From NCBI RefSeq assembly GCF_009834535.1, contig NC_045696.1:48486001-48550000 (forward strand): a stretch of DNA of 64,000 bases, given 5' to 3'. Source of the stretch: Camelus ferus. Lineage: Eukaryota. A program made the position numbers and the translations under genes. The notes below the pieces were generated by a model that had not been told where the DNA came from, did not search any database, and saw only the letters and a program-made list of their open reading frames with translations. Numbering within the stretch: position 1 is the stretch's first letter; each line of letters begins with the position of its first letter. Shown here piece by piece: positions 13,584 to 24,848 of this stretch.

Positions 13584-14971
13584 AATGGAGAAAATGACAT
13601 TTTAGTTACAACCCTCTCCTCTAACAAACCCCCCCTCCCCACCAACACTGACCAGATAACTGAGCAATCCAGGATGTCAGTTGCCGGTTGGGTTCCAGGT
13701 AGAATGTTGGGGTGTCTCCTGGGGCTTGTTGTGGCTGGTGGCTCCACGGTAACTGGGCAGAGCCCTGTGGTGGGTCAGTGCCATGGAGGGACTGCCATCC
13801 TCTGTGGAGCCTGGCTTTGGCCTGATCCTTAGGAAGCTGAGTGTGGTCCTGGTTTTGCTGCTGTCCAATGGCCTGTGTTCTCAGTTCATGTTCCAGAGCC
13901 TCCACTGGGAGACAGCGTTGAGTCTGCCTGCCCTCACCTTATTGCTGGGTGTTTTATTTACTTTCAGACTTAAGCAGTCTGTTAGAAGTCAACTTAATGG
14001 AAGACATGAAAAGCAACTGGCAAAAACACTGGCTGGCTGCAAAGGTTGAGAAGAAATGCCACGTCATCGACAAGCTTTGTATGGCTAAAAAGGAGTGTGC
14101 CAAGATGGAGACAACTTTAAAGAAGGCCAGGCTAGAGAAGGAGCCAGTAAATATACCCAGCCTCGCTGACACTTACAGATGCTAAAAGTGCTCAAGTTCC
14201 AGGAGGAAGTCATGAGAATCAGCACATCACAAGGGGCTTTTACAAACCAGCCAGCGGGCCAAGCACCAAGTCCTGACGGTCCCTTTCCCAGGAGTGGGCC
14301 CTCGTATTAAAGTTGTGCTGGTCCCTCCCGTCTCAGGCTTCCCAAACTGCCAGGCTGCATTCACTCACTCAGTCAGATCTCCCCCTGAGCTGCACTGAGG
14401 CCAGTGGATGGAGGGCAATCCCCTCCTTTGGACCAGAGTTCCTCCAACTTTACAAGTGAGCACCGCAGTGAACTCCTTCATGGTCAACATCTCTCATCTA
14501 AAATATATTGGGTCCCGGAACACACCACGAAGCATGGGACTTTTTTTTATATTCAGCAAATGTTTGGATTATCTCTTATTTGTTGTGAAAGAAATGTTGT
14601 AATTGAGACTGATCCTCTACTTAGTTTGAATCTATATTAAGCCTCATTTCTCAAGACAGTTTGGTAACTATTATATATCAGCAATGTAAGTTATTTTTAT
14701 TCTGTGTCCAAATATTGCATTATAATTTGAAAAATGTATGAAGTTTGTCAATATAAACTTTGAGATAGCCATAGAATTTATTTCTAGAGTTTAATTCTGA
14801 AGTCATAAGTTTAAGTCAAAGAGCCTTTCTTTACCTGAGTATGTATAGTTCTTAAAAAAACAGATGAACTTTTTTAAGATGAAGTTTAATTGTACTCTTA
14901 AAAGAAACTTTTATCATTTAATTTTTATATTCTGCTATAACAATATCCATAATAAAAATTAATTTGCTAAA
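13584..14971 (+). pseudogene. Processed pseudogene of a diverged cTAGE5/MIA2 (TANGO1-like) family gene; CDS remnant from 13783, frameshift at ~14035
   Basis: Kozak GCCATGG with ATG at 13783. The translation MEGLPSSVEPGFGLILRKL...HWETAL..(hydrophobic TM)..FRLKQSVRSQLNGRHEKQLAKTLA|AKVEKKCHVIDKL..KKE..ETTLKKARLEKE aligns by eye with the cTAGE5 N-terminus (MEEPGATPQPYLGLLLEEL..PWELVI..WRSFRSVRSRLYVGREKKLA..EEKSKLLEKF..KE..SSLKDASFEKE). Intronless, AATAAA at 14951-14956, TSD ctttgtctttaat at 13571-13583 and 14984-14996, inserted into an L1. Confidence 0.88.
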
Positions 14972-15380
14972 TTATTTTTTTCTCTTTGTCTTTAATTTTC
15001 TGCCATTTGAATATTATATACCTACGTGTTTTTTTTTAATCCCACTTAGTGTTCAGTGAGCTTCCTGGATCTGTGGTTTTGTGTGTGTCATTAATTTTGG
15101 AAAAATTTTAGCCATTATTTTACTCAACTATTTCTTGTGATTCATTCAATCTTTATTCTCCTTCTGGTATTCCAATTACACATGCAATATGCCTCTTGAA
15201 ATTGTTCCACAGTTCACAGATGGGCTGGTCCATTTAGAAAAAATTGTTTCCTTTTCTTTTTACTTTAGTCTGGGAAATTTCAATTGACATGTCTTTAAGC
15301 AAACTGATTCTTTCCTTGACTGTGCCCAATCTACTGATGAGTCCATCAAAGACATACTTCATTTCTTTTACAATGTTCTT

Positions 15381-15498
15381 TTCTTTTACAATCTCTGTTG
15401 TTTCTTTTTTTTTTAATAGAGGTACTGGATATTGAACCCAGGACCTCGTGCATGTTAAGCATGTACTCTATCACTTGAGCTATATATACCCTTGTCCC
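15381..15498 (-). mobile_element. Camelid tRNA-derived SINE (Vic-1 type)
   Basis: Reverse complement reads ggg..gggtatatatagctcaagtgatagagtacatgcttaacatgcacgaggtcctgggttcaatatccagtacctct + A tail (Pol III A/B boxes). Perfect 13-bp TSD ttacaatgttctt at 15368-15380 and 15499-15511. Confidence 0.9.
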
Positions 15499-16430
15499 TT
15501 ACAATGTTCTTAATTTCTAGCATTTCCTTTTGATTCTTTCTTAGAATATGAACCTCTCTGCTTACATTACTAATTCATTCTTCCATGTTGTCTGCTGTTT
15601 CTGTTAGAGCTCTTTAACATTTTAATCATAGTTATTTAAAATTCTCTATTATGTGATAATTTCAATATATATCATATCTTACTGTGGTTCTGATGCTTAC
15701 TTTTTCTTTTTAGGCTGTAGAGTGTTGCTGTTTCTTTATTGTTTGTTTTTGCCTCTTAGCATGGCTTGTAATTTTTGGTTGAAAGCCAGGCATGATGCAT
15801 TAGATAATAGGAACTGAGGTACAAGGCCTTTAATGTGAAGTTTGTAGCAATCTGGATAGGAGATGGGCTGTGTTTAGTGCTTGCTGTAACTTTAGGTGCC
15901 AGTTTTGTTCTAGCTTCAATTTGTGCCACCTTCAAATTTCTCCAGTATGCTTTTATTCCCCTCCCCCTGTTGTCTTTTGACTACCCTAAGAACTCCCCCT
16001 TAAACAGAGTCTGTCTTACAATTTTTTTCAGCTATAAGCTATTATTGTTATGCTTTATGTGATGGTAAGATATAGAAAGGGGAAGTGTTCTATAATCTCA
16101 TGATTAAATCTCTTTTAGTGCCTGTGTCCCTGGGCTGTGTCTTTGACAATAGTTTCTTAACTCTACCCAGCAGTGAGACAGGAAGACTGGAAAGGACTAA
16201 AGTTGTACAAAACTCCCTTTCTGGTAGAGTCTTTTCCCCTGGTGGGTAGGCATGTGTTATGAAGAACACTTGGGGGCATATTTTAAAATCGGTTATTTTT
16301 TATTTTTCATATAGGTGGTATCATGTAGTATTATCCTTCTGTGTCTGGCTTATTTCACTTAGCATTTATGTCCTCCAGATTCAACAATATTGTCACAAAT
16401 GGAAAGATCTTTTTAAGGCTAATATTCCAT

Positions 16431-16453
16431 TCTCTCTCTCTCTCTCTCTCTCT

Positions 16454-16485
<32 letters not shown>
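16431..16485. repeat. (CT)n(CA)n compound microsatellite
   Basis: Directly visible. Confidence 0.95.
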
Positions 16486-16487
<2 letters not shown>

Positions 16488-17161
16488 CACATATTCTTTA
16501 TCCATTCATCCATCATCCATCAATGGACATTTAGGTTGCTTCCATGTTTTGGCTTCTGTGACTAATGCTTCAATGGGGACATAGATATCTCTTCAAGATT
16601 CTGATTTCAGTTCCTTTGAATATATACCCAAAGTAGGATTGCTGAGTCATAGAGTAGTTATATTTTTGAGTTTTTAAGGAACCTCTGTACTGTTTCATAG
16701 TGGCTGCACCAATTTACATTCCTACCAACATGAACAAGAGTTCTCTTTTTTCCATATCCTCACTAATATTTGTTAGCTTTTTTTTTTTTTTTTGGCAATA
16801 ATCATCTTAACTTGCATAAGGTAATATCTCATTATGATTTTAATCTGCACTTCCCTGGTGGTTAGTGTTTTTGAACACCTTTTCATATACCTATTGACAC
16901 TTTTGTATGTCTTCCTTAGAGAAATGTCTAGTCAGTTCTTTTGCCTATTTTTAAATCAGATTATTTGTTCTTTTCCTATTGAGTTGAATGGTGGTTTCCA
17001 GAGGTGAGGGAGGAGTGGGAAATGGGGAGGGGTTTGTCAAAGTTTTAACTGTAAGATGAATGAATACTAGAAATTTAGTATACAGCATAGAGTCCATAGT
17101 TAACAATACTGCATTGTATACTTAAAATGTTTCTAAGAGGTGAGATCTCATGTTATTGTTC

Positions 17162-17208
<47 letters not shown>

Positions 17209-17224
17209 TATTATTATTATTATT
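17162..17224. repeat. (TAA)15 followed by inverted (TTA)n microsatellite
   Basis: Directly visible. Confidence 0.95.
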
Positions 17225-17819
17225 TTAAAAGGGGGCAGAAAGAACTTTTGAAGGTCTTGGATATGGTTATGGCATAGAATGTGGTAATGGCTTCATGCGT
17301 ATGTCCTTATCTCTAAATTATCAAGTCATAAACATTAAATATGTAAAGCTTATATTGAAGAAAAGGGAAAAAAAGAGAAAATTTGTTACTTTTCTCCTCC
17401 TTCTGGGAGAGCCATGAGGGTATTTTTCTTCGCTCTGTAGCTAGAGAGTTTGGTGAGTTTCTTGGAGGTAAAACACATTAGAGTGTAGGGTCACTGTCAG
17501 GCTGTGACCCCTAAGAGATTTTCATCCTCATTTTTTTCCACACTCAATCTCCAGAATTTTGTCTCTATTATTATTTAAGTGTTCCTGTCAGTTATGGCTC
17601 TAGAAGCATCTGCTCCACACAGATCTCAGCTATGTTTCTCTGTATTTACCTGTCTTTCCAGATTTCAGAGTAGCAGTTTGTCATGTAACCTCAATTCTCT
17701 GAACGATCTAAGAAAAGTTGTTGATTTTCAGTTTGTTTAGCTCCTTTCCAGTTGTAAGGAATGGAGTGATACTTCCAAGCTCCTTACATGTTAGAGCCAA
17801 AACCAGAACTGTGTTTTTC

Positions 17820-20800
17820 AGTTTTAAGCATATATACACTTCATGTTTATTAATCTTGTGCCTGTAGTGTTTAATGTTTTTTGATGTTATTATAAAAGGT
17901 ACTTAAAATTTTTTTGATTTTTAATTATTCATATGCCTTTTGTTGTATGTGTCTTATTGTCTGGCTAGAAAGTTGAATAGGAGTGGTTAGAGCATACATC
18001 CTTTGCCAGTTCTAGGGAGAAATAATTCAGTCTTTCATCTTTATGTATGATGTTATTTGTTGGACTTTTTAAAAAAATTTTCTCCATCACATTAAGAAAG
18101 TGTTCATTTATTCTGGTTTACTCAGAGATGTTATAAATGCATGTTGAATTTTGTCAAATGATTTTTAGTTTGTCTATATTCTGAATTACATTGATTGATA
18201 CATGAATGTTAAACCATCCTTGCATTACCAGGATAAGCCCCAATTACTCATAATGTATTATTCTTTTACACACACCTGGGTTCTGTATGCTTATAATTTA
18301 TTGAGTAACTTGTGTCTATGTTCATGAGAGATACTAGGTTGCAGTTTTCATTTCTTTTAAAGCCTGTCTTTAGATATCAGAGTAATTTGGACTTCATATA
18401 TTCAGTCAGGAAGTATTGTCTATTTCCTCTATTTTCTGTAGCAGCTTATATAAAATTTGTATTCATTTTTTAATGTGTTACAATTCACCTGGGAAACCAA
18501 ACAGGAGTTGTATTTTCTGTATTGGAAGGATATTAACTAAAATTTTAAAAATTTTAATAGATATATAATAATACAAGTAATCAATTTCCTCTTAAGTGTC
18601 TTGGTTCTTTTTGTCTTTCAAGGAATTAGGCCATTTAATTTAAATTGTTGAAGGTATGGCCATACACTTTTCAAAGTGTTTTTATTATCTTTTTACTATG
18701 TCTAGACTCTGTAATGACCTCTTTTATTCATGATACTGATAATTTGTATTTTTTATTTTTATTTTATCTTTGTTAGTCTCACTCCAGTATTTATCAATTT
18801 TATCAATTTCTTCAGAGAACTTGATTTTTCTGTTGTTTTTCTTTTTTTCCAATTTAATTGATTTATTCCTTTTAATATTTCCTCTCTTCTGTTTACTTTG
18901 GTTTTCATTTGCTCTCAGATTTCTTTTTTTTAACATTTTTATTGATTTATAATCATTTTACAATGTTGTGTCAATGCTCTCAGATTTCTTAAAGTAAACT
19001 TGTTTATTAATTTGAATTTTACCTTTTGAAAAAAATTATTAAGTATGTGATGCCACAGATTTTCTGATAGGCACAGCTTTGGCTACGTAACATACTTTTT
19101 CATGTGTTGCATTTTCATTTCATTCAGTTCAAAATGTCTTAAAATTTCTCTTGAGACTTCTGATTATTTCCGTAAATTATATGGAAGTATATTGTTGAAT
19201 TTGCAAATAATTTCAGATTTCCCAGGTATATTTGCTTATTGATTTGTAGTGTAAGTATGTTATACACAAAGCATGTATTTTATATGAGTTCAATTACTTA
19301 AATTTCTCAAGATTTTATGGCCCTGATTAAAGTCTGTCTTAGCTCATGTACTATGTCTGCTAGAAATGAATTTGTATTGTGCTCTTACTGGGTGTGGTTT
19401 TCTATAAATGTTAATTGAATCTTAGTAGTTGATTGTGATGCACAATTTTTCTGTATCTTTGCTGATTTTCTGTCTAGCTTTTCTGTCAATTACTGGGAGA
19501 AGAGTGCTTAAGTCTCCAACTACAATGGCGGGTTTTGTCTATTTATTATTTTAGTTCTGTCAGATATCTTTTTATATTTAGTAACAATATTTGAAGGAAA
19601 CCCATCATCATTTCTTCTTGATGAATGACCCATTTATCATTATGTGATGTCCCTATTTTTCTCCTAGAAATTTTCTTTGTTCTGTAGTCTGCTTTGTCTG
19701 AAAATAATATAGTCATTCCAGCATTATCTTGATTATTGCCTGCTTGGTATATTTTTTATTACTTTTAGCCAACTAAGTATTTGAAGTAAAATTTATTTAT
19801 AGATTTCAAATTAGGGAAATCTTTAAAATCTACTTTGTTAATCTCTGTCTTAACTCTGATATTTTTAGAGCATCTGTATTTAATGTGATTATTGACATGT
19901 TTAAATCTGACATTGAATTACTTGTTTTCTGTTTGGTCCTCTATTTTCCAATTCCTTTTTTTTCTCATTTCTCTCCTTTGTTTTCTTCCCTTTTATGGGT
20001 TACTTTTATTCTGAGTTGCCTACAGTATTTGAGGATAATTTTTATATATTTTTTAACTTATTGGTTCCCCTAGGAATTACAAGATACATATATAAGTAAT
20101 CACTGCCTTTTACTATCAACATTTTATTAGTAAAAGAGGAATATAGAAACCTTACTACATTAGAAGTTGTTTTACCGTCCACCATTAATGTTACCTTCAT
20201 ATACATTGAGAGTCACATCAGATAATGTTATAATACTTCTCTCATTAAAAAAAGCCTTAAGGGGATAATTATAGCCTATTATACTTGACCTTATATTTAC
20301 TCTTTTAATGTTCATATTTTTCTTTTTTCCTGATGCTCCATGTTTTCTTCTATTATTATTTCCTTTCTTGCTACAGAACTTTATTTAGCATTTTGTTTAT
20401 AACAGGACTGCTGGTGACAAATCTTTTAGTTTTTTAATGGTCTGAGATTGTTATTATTGCTCCCAGTTAATGAAGGATATTTTATCTAGATACAAAATTT
20501 GAGGTTGTCAGTTCTTTTTTTCAGCACTTGTAAAAAGTTGAGCAACTGCCTTCTGTTCTCCATGGTTTCTAATAAAATACTCTGCTGTCATTCAGATTGT
20601 TATTTCCCTAGAAGTAACAGCATTACATCTTTCTGACTACGTTCAAGATTTTGTCTGTTTTTGTTTAGAGACAAAATATTTAATGTTCATATATCAATGT
20701 ATATATTAATTTAGATTTAGCTTCTTGGTCTTGATTTCTTCAAGTATTTTTTTAGCCATCTACTCTTTCTCTTCTTCTGAGACTCCAGTGACACAAATAT

Positions 20801-21500
20801 TATATCTTTTATAATTGTCCAAAAATTCAAGTCTCTGTTCACTGTTTTAAAATGTATGTTCTGTTGTGATATTCAAATTAGATCATTTCTATTGATCTGT
20901 TGTCAATTTCCAGCTGTCTCCTTTTTTAACTTAAATCCATCTAGTGAGTTTTGTTTTTTTAACTTCTGTTATTTTATTTGCAACTTTAAATTTTTGGTTT
21001 AGTTCTTTATATCTTCTGTTTGTTTTTGAGATGTTTTATTTGTTAGCTGTTTCAAAAGAGCCTGTAATTTCTTGTTGGAACATTTTTTAATGATAGCTGC
21101 TTTAAAATTCTTCCCAGATCATTTAATCATCTGTATCATTTCAATGGTGACACCTATTGATTGCCTTTCTCATTGAGGTTGAGGTGTTCTTGGATCTTGG
21201 CATGACAGATCATTTGGACTGTGTTATAAGACTTTTATAACTTATTTATATTTTACTTTTTAGCAGAGAATATACCTGTTTAGGTTCATAATTCATGTTC
21301 TGGACTAATTTTGCAGCCCATGATTCAAACAGCAAACTGGTTTCAAAGCTTTTTCAATGCTATTTTAGTATGTACCACTTGTGTGCCACCTTGTCAGTTT
21401 AAAGTCTGGGCAATGTTATATACAGTGGTCCAGTTTTCAAAACATATATTGTGTTGATTCTGTTTGTTTCATGAGTGTCCCAGACTTTATACATAGATAT
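17820..21500 (-). mobile_element. Second old L1M element, ORF2 to ORF1 region
   Basis: Antisense L1 motifs (agttgaataggagtgg..gagcatacatccttt, gttaaaccatccttgcattaccaggataagccc, aagtctccaactacaat). ORF 18724..18936(-) is Lys-rich and L1 ORF2-like (FSEEIDKIDK). Confidence 0.8.
18926..18974 (-). mobile_element. 49-bp extreme 5'-truncated young L1 3' end
   Basis: Reverse complement ttgacacaacattgtaaaatgattataaatcaataaaaatgttaaaaaa matches the end of the L1 at 2551-2600. Perfect 16-bp TSD tgctctcagatttctt at 18910-18925 and 18975-18990. Confidence 0.95.
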
Positions 21501-21849
21501 CTTTGGCCTATATTTTTGACTTCTTCCTGAATACATCTTGATTATTTAGTTAGCAAGAATCCTAGTTCTCAATCTTATATACATTGCCCCGCAGTGCATT
21601 TGCAATCATTAAAGCTCAAATCCCGTTACGACACTGTGAAGGGACTCAACCCAGCTTTTTTTTGTCCAATGAAGTAAGACCAATAAAAGAGAGGAAAAGC
21701 TTTAAGGAGAAAGTAGAATTATTATTTATCTAGGTATGAGGAAGGAGTGAATTTTAAGGACCCTAGGGGGATTCTTAAAATGTAGATGTAGCTGATCCAC
21801 AGAACAGTGTTTTGAAACACTGAGAGTGAAAGAGAGGAAGAGAGAGATT

Positions 21850-22020
21850 ATCTAACTTAATCTTTACAACCTTGTGAAAATACTATAATTGTGTGTATGA
21901 TTATAATTACAATTATGATCTTCGCATTTTTAGATGATAAGACTATTGCTTAAAATATTAAGTAATGACTGGATTGTAACAGAACACAGACATAAACCTG
22001 TAGTTCCAAATTTCATACTT
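21850..22020 (-). mobile_element. MIR relic
   Basis: ttaatctttacaaccttgtga...cattttagatgataagact...ttaagtaa, an antisense MIR core pattern. Confidence 0.6.
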
Positions 22021-24848
22021 TCTTAGGATTTGTTGGATTTGGGGAGTTGATCAAGCATTCAAGCATTGCAGGCATAACTTTTATTTATAATAATAATAAT
22101 AAATATATCTGGAACAGAGGCAAGGCCTGATTCTCTAATGTTTTGAAATTCCAGAATAAGACATGTGTGCTTTATTGAATCCAAACTTGGATCCACTGAA
22201 ACATTTTAAACATGAGAGTGACTCAAAGCATCTCCTTAGCAAGAGTGATCTGATGACAAGTATATGATAGATGTGTGGGCACTGACACAATTCAGACAAG
22301 AGCCAGTTAGTGAAATATTGCAGGCATCATTGGAATGTAGCTTTTGATATGCTATCAGTATGTAGATTCCATTGGGATAGAACACTATTTTAGAAAAGGA
22401 TTACAGATTTATAAAAAGCAAACTATCTGTAATTATATAAATAGAGATTAAAATGATATGTATGGATCACAAGTTCCCATTCTCCACGACATATGATCAT
22501 GTCCAGATGGTATCAGAAATGCCACCCAAGATAATCCAAAGATTAATTAACAGCTTTATGAAAGATTTATTTTTCCTTTCATCCTTGGAAATATCTGGTA
22601 TTGGTCAAGGTTAGAGAGAGGTCACACAGATAAATATTGATTTGCTATAATAAGTACAACTGGATATTTCTAATCCTAGCATATGTTGCATTTCTGACTT
22701 CCAAATTTCTTAATAATTGGGTTTAAATATCTCTTTTAAAGAGTATTAGCAAATATGCTTTAATTATTTTATCATCACCTATCATATAAGGAAGGACATT
22801 ACCTCATGCAATGATCTGAACAGATTCATGGACAAACTACCCCAGAGATCACAGAACAAAAAGTTCTAGTTTATTACAGACAGAATCACCATTTGTTGAA
22901 TATATTTAAAAGTCAAAGCAAGAAGAAATAGAAAGATGAGATAGGCTGATACAATTAGAATAAGTTAGAACAGGTTGTACACGGGAGAAAGCCCTGCCGC
23001 ATGAATCCTGTTTTTTTCAGTGTTCAAATGTTCTGTCTCTCCCTTGGCCACCACATCCTTCCCTCCTGATGATGTGATTTAGAGAATCAGAGATGAAATA
23101 TGTTCAAGGGGCTCATAGACAAAAGGTGCCAGAGCCAATGACACACAGTACTCTGTCAGAGAGATGCAGAGGCAAGCAGCTTGCCAGTTACTCTGCTGAG
23201 TGATTATGGGTATTATCTACCTTTTTGGAGTAGAGCGTATCTGGGGCCATAATGGAACTACACTAGGTGTCACCAGTGGGTTGTAGATGTAGGGATGAGA
23301 CAGCTTTTAGTCCACAAGATGCATTATCAATATATAACCTTTCAATTTCTTTTTGTCTTTATTTCAGCATACATTATGATTTATTTTTCCATCTTTACAT
23401 GTCCCATAGATTATTATTTTTTTATTTATATTTAGCTCAGCTTATAGATTTTGCCTCTGTCTCATACGCTACTTGTTTACTCATTATCTATAGTTAACAT
23501 ATCATGAGTTTAGCCTACAACTCGTAATATATGAGCTTACTTGTTATCTTGGCTTATCACCATTTATGAGTTACATTCATGCTAGTTTTCTTGTCTTCTA
23601 CAGCAGAATTGAATATTTTTCAAATGATAGGGAAAATTCATATTACAATATCTTATACTGCTACTAATATGGCACAGATTTTTAGAATAGGAGTTTTTTC
23701 TTCAGATCATACAACTCCCCACTAAAATAAACAAGCATCAGAACCATTTGTTTACAAGAAGTACCACTTAGCTTTGAAGTTCCATCCAGGTTAAGCATCA
23801 TTTTGGACAAAAATGATTAGTGAAAAGTAGCAGTTACTGATTTCATGTGTCATCAAGTCTTCAAAAATATAGTGAATATTCTGTGCCACGTGTAACACTT
23901 TATCTTTGGATTTGAAGGATGTACAGTCAATATTTTGTGCATTGGCTAATGCAAAACGAAAGTAACAAGTCTGACGCCTAAACTTCAAGAGATCTTAATA
24001 TAAAAAACGAACAAGGGCACAAATAGAGGTTGGACTTAATCTGACATATGCAGATATATTTTACATATTGGGTCCACCATCTGCACCACCACAGTTTTTG
24101 TATTATCCCTTGTAATGCCTTACTCTCCATATCCTCAAAACAATGAAGGAAGAGATGAAAACAAATAACTGTATGCCCAGGGTACCTATCGTTCAAGAGT
24201 AATGGCAAAATGTAGACTTTTTAAAACATTTGAGACTGGGAGACATCACTCCCAACAGACAGCAACAGCTGAAAGATGGAACTCAGGAAGAGGAAAAATT
24301 ATGCCAGAAGTTAGATAGAAGGTATGTGTATTAATCTAAACAATAAGAATGATTATAAATTTGTAGGACTGAAAATTATAAATTTGGGAAGATGCAAAAT
24401 ATGGGACAACCATACCAAATAGGTAGGACGATTTGAAAATATTTTGAAAAAATTACATAATAATGAAAATTTAAAATATTGTGTTGAATGCATCCACAGA
24501 TGTGCATGAATTGAAATACTAGTTTTAAATGCTTTTATAAGGAAAGAAGAAATTCCTAAAATCCAAGCATCTTGAAATGCTAGGAAAAGGAAAGCAAATA
24601 AAATAAAATATAAGTTAAAAAAAATAAAATAATGAACCTAAAGAATAAACCAGTGAAATGGAAGACAGACAAACAATAGAGCAGATAAATAAAGTCAAAA
24701 GTTGATTTTTAGATAATTAAAAGAAAAGAAAAACACTAGATAGGTAGGGAGACATGCAGATTATACATGCAGAAATAAGAGTTATCCAGGAGCATCCATG
24801 TTGCTGCAGGATAACTCTTATTTCTGATACTGATAATTTACGTCCTCA

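Larger units (their letters stand above)
16285..17392 (+). mobile_element. Older 5'-inverted L1 (antisense ~16310-16988; sense 3'UTR ~16989-17377)
   Basis: Antisense ORF2 end (tctgtgtctggcttatttcacttagc...) switches to a sense 3'UTR (atggtggtttccagagg...aacaatactgcattgtatactt) with an A-rich tail. Decayed TSD aaaatcggttatttt (16285-16299) / aaaatttgttacttt (17378-17392), 12/15 identical. Confidence 0.8.
11220..17810 (-). mobile_element. Old L1M element (5' end, ORF1 and 5' part of ORF2) interrupted by four younger insertions
   Basis: Continuous antisense L1 similarity: ORF2/endonuclease region 11.2-13.2 kb; ORF1 remnant (ORF 13409..13747(-) ends FSETMQARREWSKIFK...EIIFQK); L1M 5'-end signature cttccaagctccttacatg...aaccagaa near 17.77-17.81 kb. 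Host sequence resumes after each nested insert. Confidence 0.85.

Noticed and set aside
13437..13905. Alternative and antisense ORFs over the retrocopy 5' end
   Set aside because: By-products of the GC-rich cTAGE-like leader and CDS and of the L1 junction.
15420..15498. tRNA-like sequence
   Set aside because: It has an A-tail, TSDs and a degenerate acceptor stem, so it is a SINE rather than a tRNA gene.
23791..24000. Possible minus-strand coding exon (DLLKFRRQTCYF...)
   Set aside because: Weak splice sites, no recognisable homology and no partner exons.
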